Part shown: one piece after another, positions 27,701 to 36,656 of the stretch | How positions within the stretch are numbered: position 1 is the first letter of the stretch | Layout: every line of letters begins with the position of its first letter | DNA from: a plasmid | Strand: one strand, 5' to 3' | Length of the DNA stretch: 43,639 bases | Sequence record: CP102852.1 | Made by a program: the position numbers and the translations under genes | Notes under the pieces: model-generated | The model's input: only the letters and a program-made list of their open reading frames with translations | Database searches by the model: none | Told to the model about the DNA's origin: nothing

Positions 27701-28091
27701 ACTGTACCCTGTCAAGTTGACACATTAAATAGTAAAGACTAGTTGGTGGCACCTACATCTCTTTAAATACTAAAAACCTTTATTTCCGCACTTTTGTCAC
27801 TATGTACTTTTCACTTTATGTTATATAATTTCATTTAAATAGGGTAAATTTCTCAACACTTCAAAAAAATAGAATACTGAGCTAGAGGTTATCTTATTGT
27901 GGAGGATGACTTTTTATTTTCCTCGTTGTTTTTAAAGATATTTCTCTATATTTGAATTCATATTTTCTCTATGAATATCAGCTGCCGCAGAGAGCGGGAG
28001 CAGTATAGTTGTTATCTTTGAAGAATAAGCGTATAGTTAAGGAAATAATTGAGCACTCACTCAATACGTGAGGAGCAAAGGAGTTCATAAA

Positions 28092-29096
28092 ATGGTTGTT
28101 CAAGCAATACAATATAGTCGTTTCGGTAATGAAGGAGTGTTAGATTTAGTGAATATTAAATCTGATTCTTTAAAAGTGAATCAAGTCAGGGTAGAAGTTC
28201 ATGCCGTTGGTTTAAATCCTATTGATTACAAGACTTTTGAGAGTGCAAAACCACTTAGATTTCTATCTTTTATGGCGAAACTAAGGAATCCCAGTCGTTG
28301 GTTTGAGTCGAAATCATCTCTTTTTCCAAGAGGTGTTGGTAGGGATTTTGCTGGAGTTATCACAGAAATTGGTGAAGGAGTAAATACCTTTGCAGTAGGG
28401 GGCAAGGTTTTTGGATCAATAATCAGTGACCCTGGATTGGGGACCAAGAGGGGAGCTTTGGCAACAGAAATTTGTGTCAATGAATCGGAAATTGTATTGA
28501 AACCAAAGATGATTGATATGAACCACGCAGCTACTATGGGTGTAGCCTCTTTAGCTGTGGGTGGCGCTTTTAGAAAAATAGAGTTAAATTCTAAAGATGT
28601 TGTAGTTATTTCAGCAGCAACAGGTGGTATTGGAAGTATTGCAGTACAGTATGCAGTTGCTAAGGGTGCAACGGTTATCGGAATTGCAAGTAAGAAGAAT
28701 TCAGAATATCTCAAGTCCTTAGGTGCCATACCAGTAGCTTACGAAGAGAACATTCAAAATGCTCTTCTATCAGCAACTCCAAAACCGATTACAAAATTCT
28801 TGGATTGCTATGGAAGTGATTACGTTAAGTTAGCTTTTAGTCTAGGTTTGAAGGGGAGTGAGATTGGAACTCTAGTACCCTCTCCATATGTTATGATAAG
28901 AGGAGTTCAGTTCACGGGTCCGAGACATTCTACATATGATGACTTTAAAACTTTAGCGGAGATGGTCTCAGATGGAAAGGTTCAGCTAAATATTGATCAA
29001 GTGTATGACTTTTCTCTAAAGTCAGTTAGAGAAGCATATCGTAGTCTGAAATTGGGACACACTCGAGGTAAGAAAGTCGTAAAAGTAAGAGAGTAG
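28092..29096 (+). CDS. quinone oxidoreductase / zinc-binding dehydrogenase family (MDR) protein
   Basis: ATG after AAAGGAG. GroES-like N-terminus. The nucleotide-binding motif AATGGIGSIAVQYAVAKGATVIGIAS is present. Confidence 0.8.
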   Translation: MVVQAIQYSRFGNEGVLDLVNIKSDSLKVNQVRVEVHAVGLNPIDYKTFESAKPLRFLSFMAKLRNPSRWFESKSSLFPRGVGRDFAGVITEIGEGVNTFAVGGKVFGSIISDPGLGTKRGALATEICVNESEIVLKPKMIDMNHAATMGVASLAVGGAFRKIELNSKDVVVISAATGGIGSIAVQYAVAKGATVIGIASKKNSEYLKSLGAIPVAYEENIQNALLSATPKPITKFLDCYGSDYVKLAFSLGLKGSEIGTLVPSPYVMIRGVQFTGPRHSTYDDFKTLAEMVSDGKVQLNIDQVYDFSLKSVREAYRSLKLGHTRGKKVVKVRE

Positions 29097-29105
29097 CAGG
29101 GACTA

Positions 29106-29753
29106 GTGATGGAAAGTTTAGAACAAAAGTATGCTCAGACATTAGAAAATAGCAATTTGAGTTTAAAACAACGTCAAGTACTGTTATCAAGTCTAAAGTT
29201 ATTTGCAGAAATTGGTTTTGAAAACACAACAGCCAGTCTTATCGCCAAGGAAGCTGGAGTCTCAGAAGGGACGGTTTTTAGTTACTTTAAGACCAAGGAA
29301 GGTATCTTAGAAGCAATTTTATCGACTTTTCTTGAGCAAGTTATTCCAGATGTGATTGCTGATTTTTCTAAGAAGAAATTTACAGCAAACCAAGAGACTT
29401 TTTCAGTGTTTTTGAGAAGTATTGTTCGGGATAGACTAGTTTTTATTCAGGAGAATCAAATGCAAGTTAAAATTCTCTTGAGTCGTTCTTTTATCGATAA
29501 TGCTATTTCTAACCAGTTAGGAAATGTTATTGTTCACTCTATTATTAGTCCAATTAGTCCAATTCTGAATCAGTTTAAAGAAAAGGGCCTCATCAGAAAT
29601 TGGACAAACGAAAGAATCGTTCGCTACATTTTAGCCTTGAGTCTTTCTTATGTTCTTCCAATGATGTTGAATGATAATGAGGAACTAGATATAGATGAGG
29701 CAGTAAATGAAATAGTTGAATGTCTGTCTTTTGCTTTAGTAGAAGTAGAATAA
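29106..29753 (+). CDS. TetR/AcrR-family transcriptional regulator
   Basis: LSLKQRQVLLSSLKLFAEIGFENTTASLIAKEAGVSEGTVFSYFKTKEGIL is a TetR N-terminal HTH. The gene is followed by a terminator. Confidence 0.85.
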   Translation: MMESLEQKYAQTLENSNLSLKQRQVLLSSLKLFAEIGFENTTASLIAKEAGVSEGTVFSYFKTKEGILEAILSTFLEQVIPDVIADFSKKKFTANQETFSVFLRSIVRDRLVFIQENQMQVKILLSRSFIDNAISNQLGNVIVHSIISPISPILNQFKEKGLIRNWTNERIVRYILALSLSYVLPMMLNDNEELDIDEAVNEIVECLSFALVEVE

Positions 29754-29764
29754 ATCTTGATTGT

Positions 29765-29797
29765 AAGCTTACTATTTTAAGTAGTGAGCTTTTTTTA
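29765..29797 (+). terminator. rho-independent terminator
   Basis: AAGCTTACTA tttta AGTAGTGAGCTT followed by TTTTTTT. Confidence 0.5.
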
Positions 29798-30093
29798 AAC
29801 TAACATAAAAATCCCCAATCATAATGATTGAGGATTGAGCAAATGAATCTTGGCTCTATAATTTCTGTAGTGGGTAACTGGGCCTAGAATAAAAAGTGTA
29901 CAAGTTAAATAGAGACTCTGGAAACTCATTCAACAGGGTACAGTAAAAGCTATGGTAAGAAGCACAGTTGTTTGCATTCCGATTAATAAATGATACCACT
30001 CTAACATGATTCCCATCATTTTCTCAAAATAGTTTTGCTGCTTATAAAAAACAGTTTTTAATTTTGGGGGTACACGTCACTGACATATAAGTC

Positions 30094-30684
30094 TCATCTT
30101 TTTATATTAAACTTTTTGCGATATCTGATAAAGGTCGTCCGTTTAATTCCGGTATTACGAGCCACATCTACATCACTCATGCCCGCCTGATAAAGTTTAA
30201 AAGCATGTTGCAACCGGGGATCATCTTGGGCATATTGAGGTTTGCGTCCATGATATTTACCCTGCTGCTTAGCTAAGGCAATCCCTTGCTGCTGACGCTC
30301 AATGATTCGCTTACGTTCACTTTCGGCCTGATACTTATAGAGTTCAATAATCAAGTTGGTCATTAGTTGACGTAAATTGGGGTCAGCAATCCCTGTCATG
30401 GACGGTAAATTTAACACATCTAAGGTGGCGCTTTTATTTTGAATGGTGTTCATGATCTTAGTTAAATCCTGGTTGTTTCTGCCTAAGCGATCTAATTCAG
30501 TGACCAGGACAATATCACCCTCACGAATATAGGCCAGCATTTTTTGCAGTTCTGGCCGATTAGTGTTAGCCCCACTTAATTTATCCGTAAATAATTTATC
30601 AACGTCTTTTAAAGCCGCTAACTGTCGATCTAAATGTTGCTCCTTGGAACTCACACGCGCATAACCGATTTTAGCCATTTTCAA
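30094..30684 (-). CDS. serine recombinase (resolvase/invertase family), full length
   Basis: 196 aa. YARVSSKEQHLDRQ contains the catalytic Ser region; the C-terminal HTH follows. RBS AAAGGAGAA. Confidence 0.9.
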   Translation of the reverse strand: MKMAKIGYARVSSKEQHLDRQLAALKDVDKLFTDKLSGANTNRPELQKMLAYIREGDIVLVTELDRLGRNNQDLTKIMNTIQNKSATLDVLNLPSMTGIADPNLRQLMTNLIIELYKYQAESERKRIIERQQQGIALAKQQGKYHGRKPQYAQDDPRLQHAFKLYQAGMSDVDVARNTGIKRTTFIRYRKKFNIKR

Positions 30685-30746
30685 TTCTCCTTTTGGACAG
30701 TTCTAATGAACACTTGCAATTCCTAGTATAGCACAGAAATAAAAAA

Positions 30747-30772
30747 GACCATTAGGGTATACCCTATTGGCC
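30747..30772. promoter_or_regulatory. candidate resolvase crossover/operator palindrome (res site I-like)
   Basis: GACCATTAGGGTATACCCTATTGGCC is an imperfect 26-bp palindrome centred on TATA. It lies about 75 bp upstream of the recombinase start. Confidence 0.3.
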
Positions 30773-30994
30773 TTACTTATAAGAGAATTGCTATACAAAT
30801 TTGTTCAATTTTCTTTCATGAAAAATTAGTAAAAATATACTCCAAGAGCTTATATATCTCCCAATCTTAAATTATTAATATCTTGAGATTTGTGTACTTT
30901 AACAGTCATGAATAGGGATAAACAGTTCATTTGTATCCATAGGATCATCTAAAGTCAATCCCATTCCTGTTTTTGGAATATTAGATTGAAAGGC

Positions 30995-31213
30995 TTATAT
31001 GGCCGGGACCAGCTTCTCTTTGCACTGTTTGTACTTCTCCTGAGCCTTCGAAGGTGAATAGGATTTACCAGTAGAATTACGGCTTAATTCTCGAGAAATG
31101 GTTGAGTAACTTTTCTTGATATGGCTGGCAATCTCAAGAAGTGAGTTTCCATGATTCCTCATTAAAAAGATAGTTTCCCGTTCATCTATGGTAATATGCT
31201 TGTAGTGGTCCAT
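30995..31213 (-). mobile_element. IS30-family transposase, N-terminal 72-codon fragment only
   Basis: YKHITIDERETIFLMRNHGNSLLEIASHIKKSYSTISRELSRN matches the IS30 N-terminal HTH (HLT..ER..I....G.S...IA..L.RS.STISRELKRN). The ORF stops where the 150-bp inverted-repeat element begins. Confidence 0.7.
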
Positions 31214-31341
31214 GGCTGAATTCCTTTCATGATTGTTTTCGCAAACATCATTTTACAGAAATTTAGCCATGGGCCATTCTTTATTTAATTAGTGTTGCAC
31301 TTAAAGTGTAAATTCAAGGTTAATATTTTCATTATATGCAA

Positions 31342-31373
31342 AAGGATTGGTCACCACAATGACCAATCCTTAA
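31342..31373 (-). terminator. rho-independent terminator of the ECF operon
   Basis: AAGGATTGGTCA ccacaa TGACCAATCCTT is a 12-bp perfect stem followed by a T-rich tract on the minus strand. Confidence 0.55.
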
Positions 31374-31414
31374 TGTTTATTACTTTTAATTAGATGTTGC
31401 TATTATCATCTTTA

Positions 31415-32230
31415 TCAATTTAAATTGTTGGCAACTTGTTTATGCTTCCTGCAGTAATCCTCTGGGGTTAAATAAACCGAGTGATCACCTAATGCACTCG
31501 TTATCGTCATAATTCTTGGTGGCAGCAATCCCACCCGCTTAACCAGTCCTGAATTACCAAATAAGGCTGAAGGTGTCCCGGAAAAGGCAATCTGACCATG
31601 CGCCATCACGTGAACTGTCGAAAATTCAGCCGCTACCCAATCCATATCATGAGTAATCGTGATCACCTGATGACCACTTTTTACAAGTTGATGAAAAATG
31701 TTAGTCATTCGCTTTCGACTGGGCCAGTCTAACGACATCATCGGCTCGTCAAACAAATAAATTGCAGGATTAATGGCCAAAACCGTTGCAAACGTTAATA
31801 ACTTTCGTTCAGATAACGAAAGGTCATATGGATTTTCGGCTGCTTTATCAGCTAATCCAACCGCAACCAAAGCTTGATCAGCCGCTTTTTTAATCATCAA
31901 TTGATCCGATTCAATTTGAGAAAGCCCCCAAGCCACTTCTTTTTGAACCGTTGCGTTAAATAATTGATCATCTGGATCTTGAAATGTCACGCCAATTTGT
32001 TTCAACTTTGCCTGTGATTTCAACTCATCTATTGAAACGCCATTAATCATAATGGTCCCTTCTTGCGGTGTTATCAATCCGATCAGTAACTTTAACAAAG
32101 TTGATTTACCAGCGCCGTTCTGACCAACAATTGCGGTTAGTGGACTGTCAAAAGATTGCCGATCAATTTCCACCTGAAATGAGTGTTCTGGATAAGTGTA
32201 ACGCAACCCACTAATTTCAATTTGCGGCAT
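31415..32230 (-). CDS. ECF transporter ATPase (EcfA / CbiO family)
   Basis: Walker A GQNGAGKST. The signature LS..E and the Walker B LFDEP are present. Confidence 0.8.
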   Translation of the reverse strand: MPQIEISGLRYTYPEHSFQVEIDRQSFDSPLTAIVGQNGAGKSTLLKLLIGLITPQEGTIMINGVSIDELKSQAKLKQIGVTFQDPDDQLFNATVQKEVAWGLSQIESDQLMIKKAADQALVAVGLADKAAENPYDLSLSERKLLTFATVLAINPAIYLFDEPMMSLDWPSRKRMTNIFHQLVKSGHQVITITHDMDWVAAEFSTVHVMAHGQIAFSGTPSALFGNSGLVKRVGLLPPRIMTITSALGDHSVYLTPEDYCRKHKQVANNLN

Positions 32231-33068
32231 AATAAGCCTCCTCTAATTGTTGATTGGTAACCGGAAACTCGTCTGCTGCACCAGGGATTGACCACTTCAT
32301 TAATTTTGCCAATCGAAACACAGTCGGTTCATCAAGCTGCCAGTCCGGCTTCAGATGATTAAAAACAGTCAGCGGTTTTCCTGCCGCAACTAACTCGCCA
32401 GCTTTCAGAACCCAAATTTGGTCAGCAATTTCACAGAGATCGTCGACTTCATTTGACACAATGAAGATCGTCTTTTTTTCAACACTGACTAACCAACTGA
32501 AGAAATGCTGACGTCCAAGTGGATCCATTTCACTGGTGGGATCATCTAAAACCAAAATTGACGGATCAGTTACGATTGCTGTGGCAATTGCCAGCCGTTG
32601 TTTTTGTCCGCCAGACAGCGTTCCCGGTGATTGATTTAATTGGTCGCCTAACCCCAACTGATCGGCAACATTGAGGACTCGCCGTTTAATTTGATCAGCT
32701 GGAACTCCTTGATTAATAAGATCAAACGCAATTTCATCGGCAACCGTATCGGCAAGCCCACTCAATTGACCAGCCGGATTCTGCAGCACAACACCGGTTT
32801 GCTGATTATACTTCTGCCAATCCAAATTTGGCGATAATGATCCAACTTGAATGGTTCCCGTTACATCACCTGAAATAATTGTTGGTACAATTCCGGCTAA
32901 TACCCGACATAACGATGTTTTACCTGCATGATGATTACCAATGATGCCAATAACATGCCCAAATTCGGCGTCAACCGAAATATGTTTTAGCGCGGATGTT
33001 TCAATCCCTCGGTAACGTAGACTTAAATTTTCTAAATGAATTTGCTGCCGATTATCCATAATTTCCAC
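32217..33068 (-). CDS. ECF transporter ATPase, second subunit (EcfA')
   Basis: P-loop GIIGNHHAGKTS. The signature LSGGQKQR and the Walker B LVLDDPTSEMD are present. Confidence 0.8.
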   Translation of the reverse strand: MEIMDNRQQIHLENLSLRYRGIETSALKHISVDAEFGHVIGIIGNHHAGKTSLCRVLAGIVPTIISGDVTGTIQVGSLSPNLDWQKYNQQTGVVLQNPAGQLSGLADTVADEIAFDLINQGVPADQIKRRVLNVADQLGLGDQLNQSPGTLSGGQKQRLAIATAIVTDPSILVLDDPTSEMDPLGRQHFFSWLVSVEKKTIFIVSNEVDDLCEIADQIWVLKAGELVAAGKPLTVFNHLKPDWQLDEPTVFRLAKLMKWSIPGAADEFPVTNQQLEEAYYAAN

Positions 33069-33826
33069 TCAATCAATATAATTGCTAATAAACTCAAGCC
33101 ACGATGATTAACCATTTCGTGCCGATAAAGATTTGCCGATTTTAGTGCTACCCGATGGGGACTATTAAATCCACGTAATCGCAGGGCGATCGACCGTTCC
33201 ATTGATTGATCAAGCGTTTTGATCACTAATGGAACCAGCACTGGTAAAACTGATTTAATCTTTTCAAGAATGGTTTTCTGTTGATTAATGCCACGTGCCC
33301 GTTGCGCCATTTGAATTTTTTTCATGTTGGCCATCATTTCCGGTAAAATATAGCAAACCGACATCAATATATAGACCGCTTTATAGGAGAGACCGACCTG
33401 CTCCAAATATTTAGAATTTTCTGACACTGTAGTCGTTGTCATAAAAAAGCTGGTTGCTAAAATAATGACAAAAATTCGACACCCCATCGTTGCTGCATAT
33501 AACAGCCCTTCTTGATAGAATCGAATCCCGACCACTGAAACCAACAGAGTCTGATTGTGACTGTAAAAGAGGCCCTGAATAATCAGCATTGTAAAAATTA
33601 AGAATGAGCTGAATTCAATTGCGTGAACCGCCGACTTGCCGGCTTTCGAAATCAGTAGAATCACTAGCGCAACGAATACAAGCGCAATTTCAACTAACAA
33701 ATTGGTGAAACAAAAGCTTAGTAAGGCCAGATCAAGGGCCATCAATAATTTTGTTACCGGATCAACTACCGACGTCCAGCCACGGTGAGCTACCGAACCT
33801 TGTAAAATTGAATTTGGTTCATTCAT
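33032..33826 (-). CDS. ECF transporter transmembrane T component (EcfT / CbiQ family)
   Basis: 264 aa and multi-TM. It carries the conserved ARG motif region (AQRARGIN ... LRLRGF). Confidence 0.75.
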   Translation of the reverse strand: MNEPNSILQGSVAHRGWTSVVDPVTKLLMALDLALLSFCFTNLLVEIALVFVALVILLISKAGKSAVHAIEFSSFLIFTMLIIQGLFYSHNQTLLVSVVGIRFYQEGLLYAATMGCRIFVIILATSFFMTTTTVSENSKYLEQVGLSYKAVYILMSVCYILPEMMANMKKIQMAQRARGINQQKTILEKIKSVLPVLVPLVIKTLDQSMERSIALRLRGFNSPHRVALKSANLYRHEMVNHRGLSLLAIILIEWKLWIIGSKFI

Positions 33827-34437
33827 TATTTATCATCCCTGAAAAAGCGAATCATTCGCTGCGGCAGTTGCCGATAGATAAAGAATGCCAAGTAGGCAAC
33901 AACAACTTTATCCAAAATGTCCAAAATAAATTCATCAGTAAATGATGAAATCCAAACTGGAATGTGATTAGCGATCATCGCAGCGAAAATTGAATCACCC
34001 CAAGGAATCCCAGTTTGGCCACCCCAAAAAATGACATTAAGTGGTGTTGAAATGACAGCAGATACAATTGCAATAATAATAGCGGATACGAATACTTTCT
34101 TTGCGGATGAAAACCATCCCTTGGCGTGGAGGACCCCAACGGCAATCCCAATTCCAATACTAGTAATTGCGTAGACCGTTGAAACCGGTGATAGCGTCAA
34201 TCCATAAATGACGTTATTAATAAAGCCACTAATTGCACCAGCCACCGGGCCAGCTAACATACTTGCCAGAAAAGTTCCCAACGTTCCTAACCAAACCGGT
34301 AATTTTAATCCTTCGGCAAACGCCTTGGCAACATAGTTAATTCCGACTGCTGCAGGAATCAACGTCATCGTTGCTGTTGACAACCGAATCTTCCAGATAC
34401 TTGACCGCTTAATATTTTGGACTCTCAAAATCCGCAC
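33826..34437 (-). CDS. ECF transporter substrate-specific S component (substrate unknown)
   Basis: 203 aa, about 6 TM and small. It is the first gene of the S-T-A'-A operon. Confidence 0.6.
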   Translation of the reverse strand: MRILRVQNIKRSSIWKIRLSTATMTLIPAAVGINYVAKAFAEGLKLPVWLGTLGTFLASMLAGPVAGAISGFINNVIYGLTLSPVSTVYAITSIGIGIAVGVLHAKGWFSSAKKVFVSAIIIAIVSAVISTPLNVIFWGGQTGIPWGDSIFAAMIANHIPVWISSFTDEFILDILDKVVVAYLAFFIYRQLPQRMIRFFRDDK

Positions 34438-34461
34438 CTCATTTGCTTAATTATTTTAAAT

Positions 34462-34503
34462 AAAGGTATAAATTACTTTTAAATAAAAGTAATTTATACC
34501 TTT
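34462..34503. promoter_or_regulatory. perfect 19-bp inverted repeat (4-bp spacer) in the ECF operon promoter/leader
   Basis: AAAGGTATAAATTACTTTT aaat AAAAGTAATTTATACCTTT. It lies 25-65 nt upstream of the S-component start. Confidence 0.55.
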
Positions 34504-34853
34504 AATCTAATTAAAAACATTGTACGACTGTCTTGATAAAAGTCAAGTCGACTTTAATAGTTTTTGCGGTTGTGACTTGGTCTTTTTTATTCTTGAAGCT
34601 TATGTTTTGTTTAATACGGAATATTTTGGAGTAAGCTGGCTACCGAGTCTAAACGTGCAAAGAGAAGCGGGTCCCGGCCATATAAGCCTTTCAATCTAAT
34701 ATTCCAAAAACAGGAATGGGATTGACTTTAGATGATCCTATAGATGCAAATGAACTGTTTATCCTTATTCATGACTTAAGAAAGTATGTTAAAGTACACA
34801 AATCTCAAAGCGTTAATATTTACGTTCAAAAATGTTGTTATAGCAACATTTAG

Positions 34854-35389
34854 ATCGACAGTTAGCGGCTTTAAAAGACGTTGATAAATTATTTGCGGAT
34901 AAATTAAGCGGGGCCACCACGAATCGGCCAGAACTGCAAAAAATGCTGGCCTATATTCGTGAGGGTGATATTGTCATGGTCACTGAACTAGATCGTTTAG
35001 GCAGAAACAACCAGGATTTAACTCAGATTATGAACACCATTCAAAATAAAGGCGCCACCCTAGATGTGTTAAATTTGCCGTCCATGACAGGGATTGCTGA
35101 CCCAAATTTACGTCAACTGATGACTAACCTCATCATTGAACTGTATAAGTATCAGGCGGAAAGCGAACGTAAGCGGCTCATCGAACGTCAGCAACAAGGA
35201 ATCGCCCTAGCAAAACAGCAAGGTAAATATCACGGATGTAAACCCCAATACATCCAAGACGATCCCCGCTTGCAACATGCTTTTAAGCTTTACCAGGCAG
35301 GCATGAGTGACATTGATGTAGCTCGAAATACTGGGATTAAACGGACGACCTTTATCAGATATCGCAAAAAGTTTAATATAAAAAGATGA
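34854..35389 (+). pseudogene. serine recombinase lacking the promoter and first 16 or so codons (5'-truncated copy)
   Basis: It begins ...QHLDRQLAALKDVDKLF immediately after a TAG. It is otherwise about 95% identical to 30094-30684 and carries the same 3' flank. Confidence 0.7.
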
Positions 35390-35482
35390 GACTTATATGT
35401 CAGGTAAATTAAAAACGTTTTTTATGAGCAGCAAAACTATTTTGAGAAAATGATAGGAATCATGTTAGAGTGGTATCATTTA

Positions 35483-35722
35483 TTAATCGGAATGCAAACA
35501 ACTGTGCTCAACATAGTTCTGGAAGTGTTTGTTGTTCCATTCTTCGATTGCATGCTTAGTAGCTTTCGATTTATCGTACACGTTGAACTGCGTTTCATTA
35601 AACACAATATCTTGATTACTGTGATTAATCTTTTCATCATGTTCAACATGCTTCTGAATGCCGGAATATCCATTAGTATCTTTCGCTTGTAAGTCAGTTG
35701 TTACGGTACATTTTATTGCCAT
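35483..35722 (-). pseudogene. MobV-family (Mob_Pre, pMV158 MobM-like) relaxase, N-terminal 79-codon fragment
   Basis: MAIKCTVTTDLQAKDTNGYSGIQKHVEHDEKINHSNQDI parallels MobM M..VAR.QK.KAGNLGG..KHNER....HSNKDI. The ORF is truncated after 79 aa. Confidence 0.55.
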
Positions 35723-35805
35723 CTTTTATGCCTCCGTAAGTTATTATCTTACAAGTAATTATAACATGTTTGCAGTACAGCAAAGTGGATAAGATATCCA
35801 ATTTA

Positions 35806-35936
35806 CTAGCTCCCTAGTTAAAATGGAGTAACCCCATTTTGACTAGGGAGCTCTGCCGAGGGCATTAGGATGGCGGTTTTGCTCTTCTTCAAACGCATTT
35901 CATTTTGACTAGGGAGCTCTGCCGAGGGCATTAGGA
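35806..35936. other. oriT-like inverted repeat plus a 36-bp direct repeat upstream of the MobV fragment
   Basis: CTAGCTCCCTAGTTAAAATGG and CCATTTTGACTAGGGAGCTC form an inverted repeat around a 7-nt loop. CATTTTGACTAGGGAGCTCTGCCGAGGGCATTAGGA occurs twice, 66 bp apart (30-bp spacer). Confidence 0.45.
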
Positions 35937-36019
35937 ACACATTTCCTAATAACCATTAAATTTTATTTTCAAGATTGTATTTGAAAATAAAATGTTACCT
36001 TTTACCCTAGAAAGGTAAC

Positions 36020-36062
36020 ACCAAAAGAAAAATTCCCAATGCATTTAGCAAAGGGAATTTTT
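36020..36062. terminator. bidirectional terminator downstream of pncA
   Basis: GAAAAATTCCC ...15 nt... GGGAATTTTTTT. Confidence 0.5.
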
Positions 36063-36106
36063 TTGTAATTAATTCGTGGTTTTTTTGATAATCATTTGAA
36101 AGTGAA

Positions 36107-36655
36107 TTATCGAATTGTGGCCCCTAATACGTTTTTAAAATGATTCATCGCCCATTCAGCACCAGCTGGTGAGAACGTGGCCACGGCTGCTTGTGGAATC
36201 ACAATGTGGTAATCCAGGTTGTAGGCACTGATTGCGGTGTGGAGGACACAAATATCAGTGCAGACACCAGCAATCCAGACTTCATCAATCCGCCGTTCCC
36301 GCAGGTAGTTATCCAAATTGGTGTTTTGGAAGGAGGAGTAACGGTTCTTATTGAATTTGTAGACATGGGAATCGTCATGATGTTGATCAAACCAGCTGCC
36401 GACTTGGCCGTATAGTTTCTGACCGGTCGTCCCAATAATATTATGGGCCGGATATAGTTTGGTTTCTGGATTGAATGGGTCATTAAGCCGGTGACCATCA
36501 GTGGGAAAGATCACATAATCATGCTGGCTTAAGAATTGATCGGCTAACCGCATAATTTCTGGGGCCAACGTCTGCGCTGGCTTGCCAACCGTTAGTGATC
36601 CCTTATCAGCCACAAAGTCGTTTGTATAGTCAATAATTAAGAGCGCTTTAGCCAT
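36107..36655 (-). CDS. pncA: nicotinamidase / pyrazinamidase (isochorismatase family)
   Basis: ALLIIDYTNDF...IAGVCTDICVLHTAISAYNLDY, including the catalytic Cys region. It follows pncB by 1 nt. Confidence 0.8.
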   Translation of the reverse strand: MAKALLIIDYTNDFVADKGSLTVGKPAQTLAPEIMRLADQFLSQHDYVIFPTDGHRLNDPFNPETKLYPAHNIIGTTGQKLYGQVGSWFDQHHDDSHVYKFNKNRYSSFQNTNLDNYLRERRIDEVWIAGVCTDICVLHTAISAYNLDYHIVIPQAAVATFSPAGAEWAMNHFKNVLGATIR

Positions 36656-36656
36656 C

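Noticed and set aside
28226-28729. 167-aa minus-strand ORF inside the quinone oxidoreductase gene
   Set aside because: It is antisense to a well-supported CDS with a Rossmann motif. No start signals.
34505-34660. TPP or other riboswitch upstream of the ECF S component
   Set aside because: The 200-nt leader lacks the conserved TPP aptamer motifs (CUGAGA, ACCUGAUC...GGAUAAUGCC). Only the palindromic operator was seen.
35836-35936. Possible mini CRISPR array (36-bp repeat, 30-bp spacer, two copies)
   Set aside because: There are only two repeat copies, no leader and no adjacent cas operon. The first repeat is the right arm of an oriT-type inverted repeat directly upstream of a MobV relaxase fragment. 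I kept it as a finding but did not call it a CRISPR feature.
36191-36498. Two ORFs (74 aa on the plus strand, 99 aa on the minus strand) inside pncA, and 36801-37130 inside pncB
   Set aside because: They lie in alternative frames of, or antisense to, strongly supported pncA and pncB.
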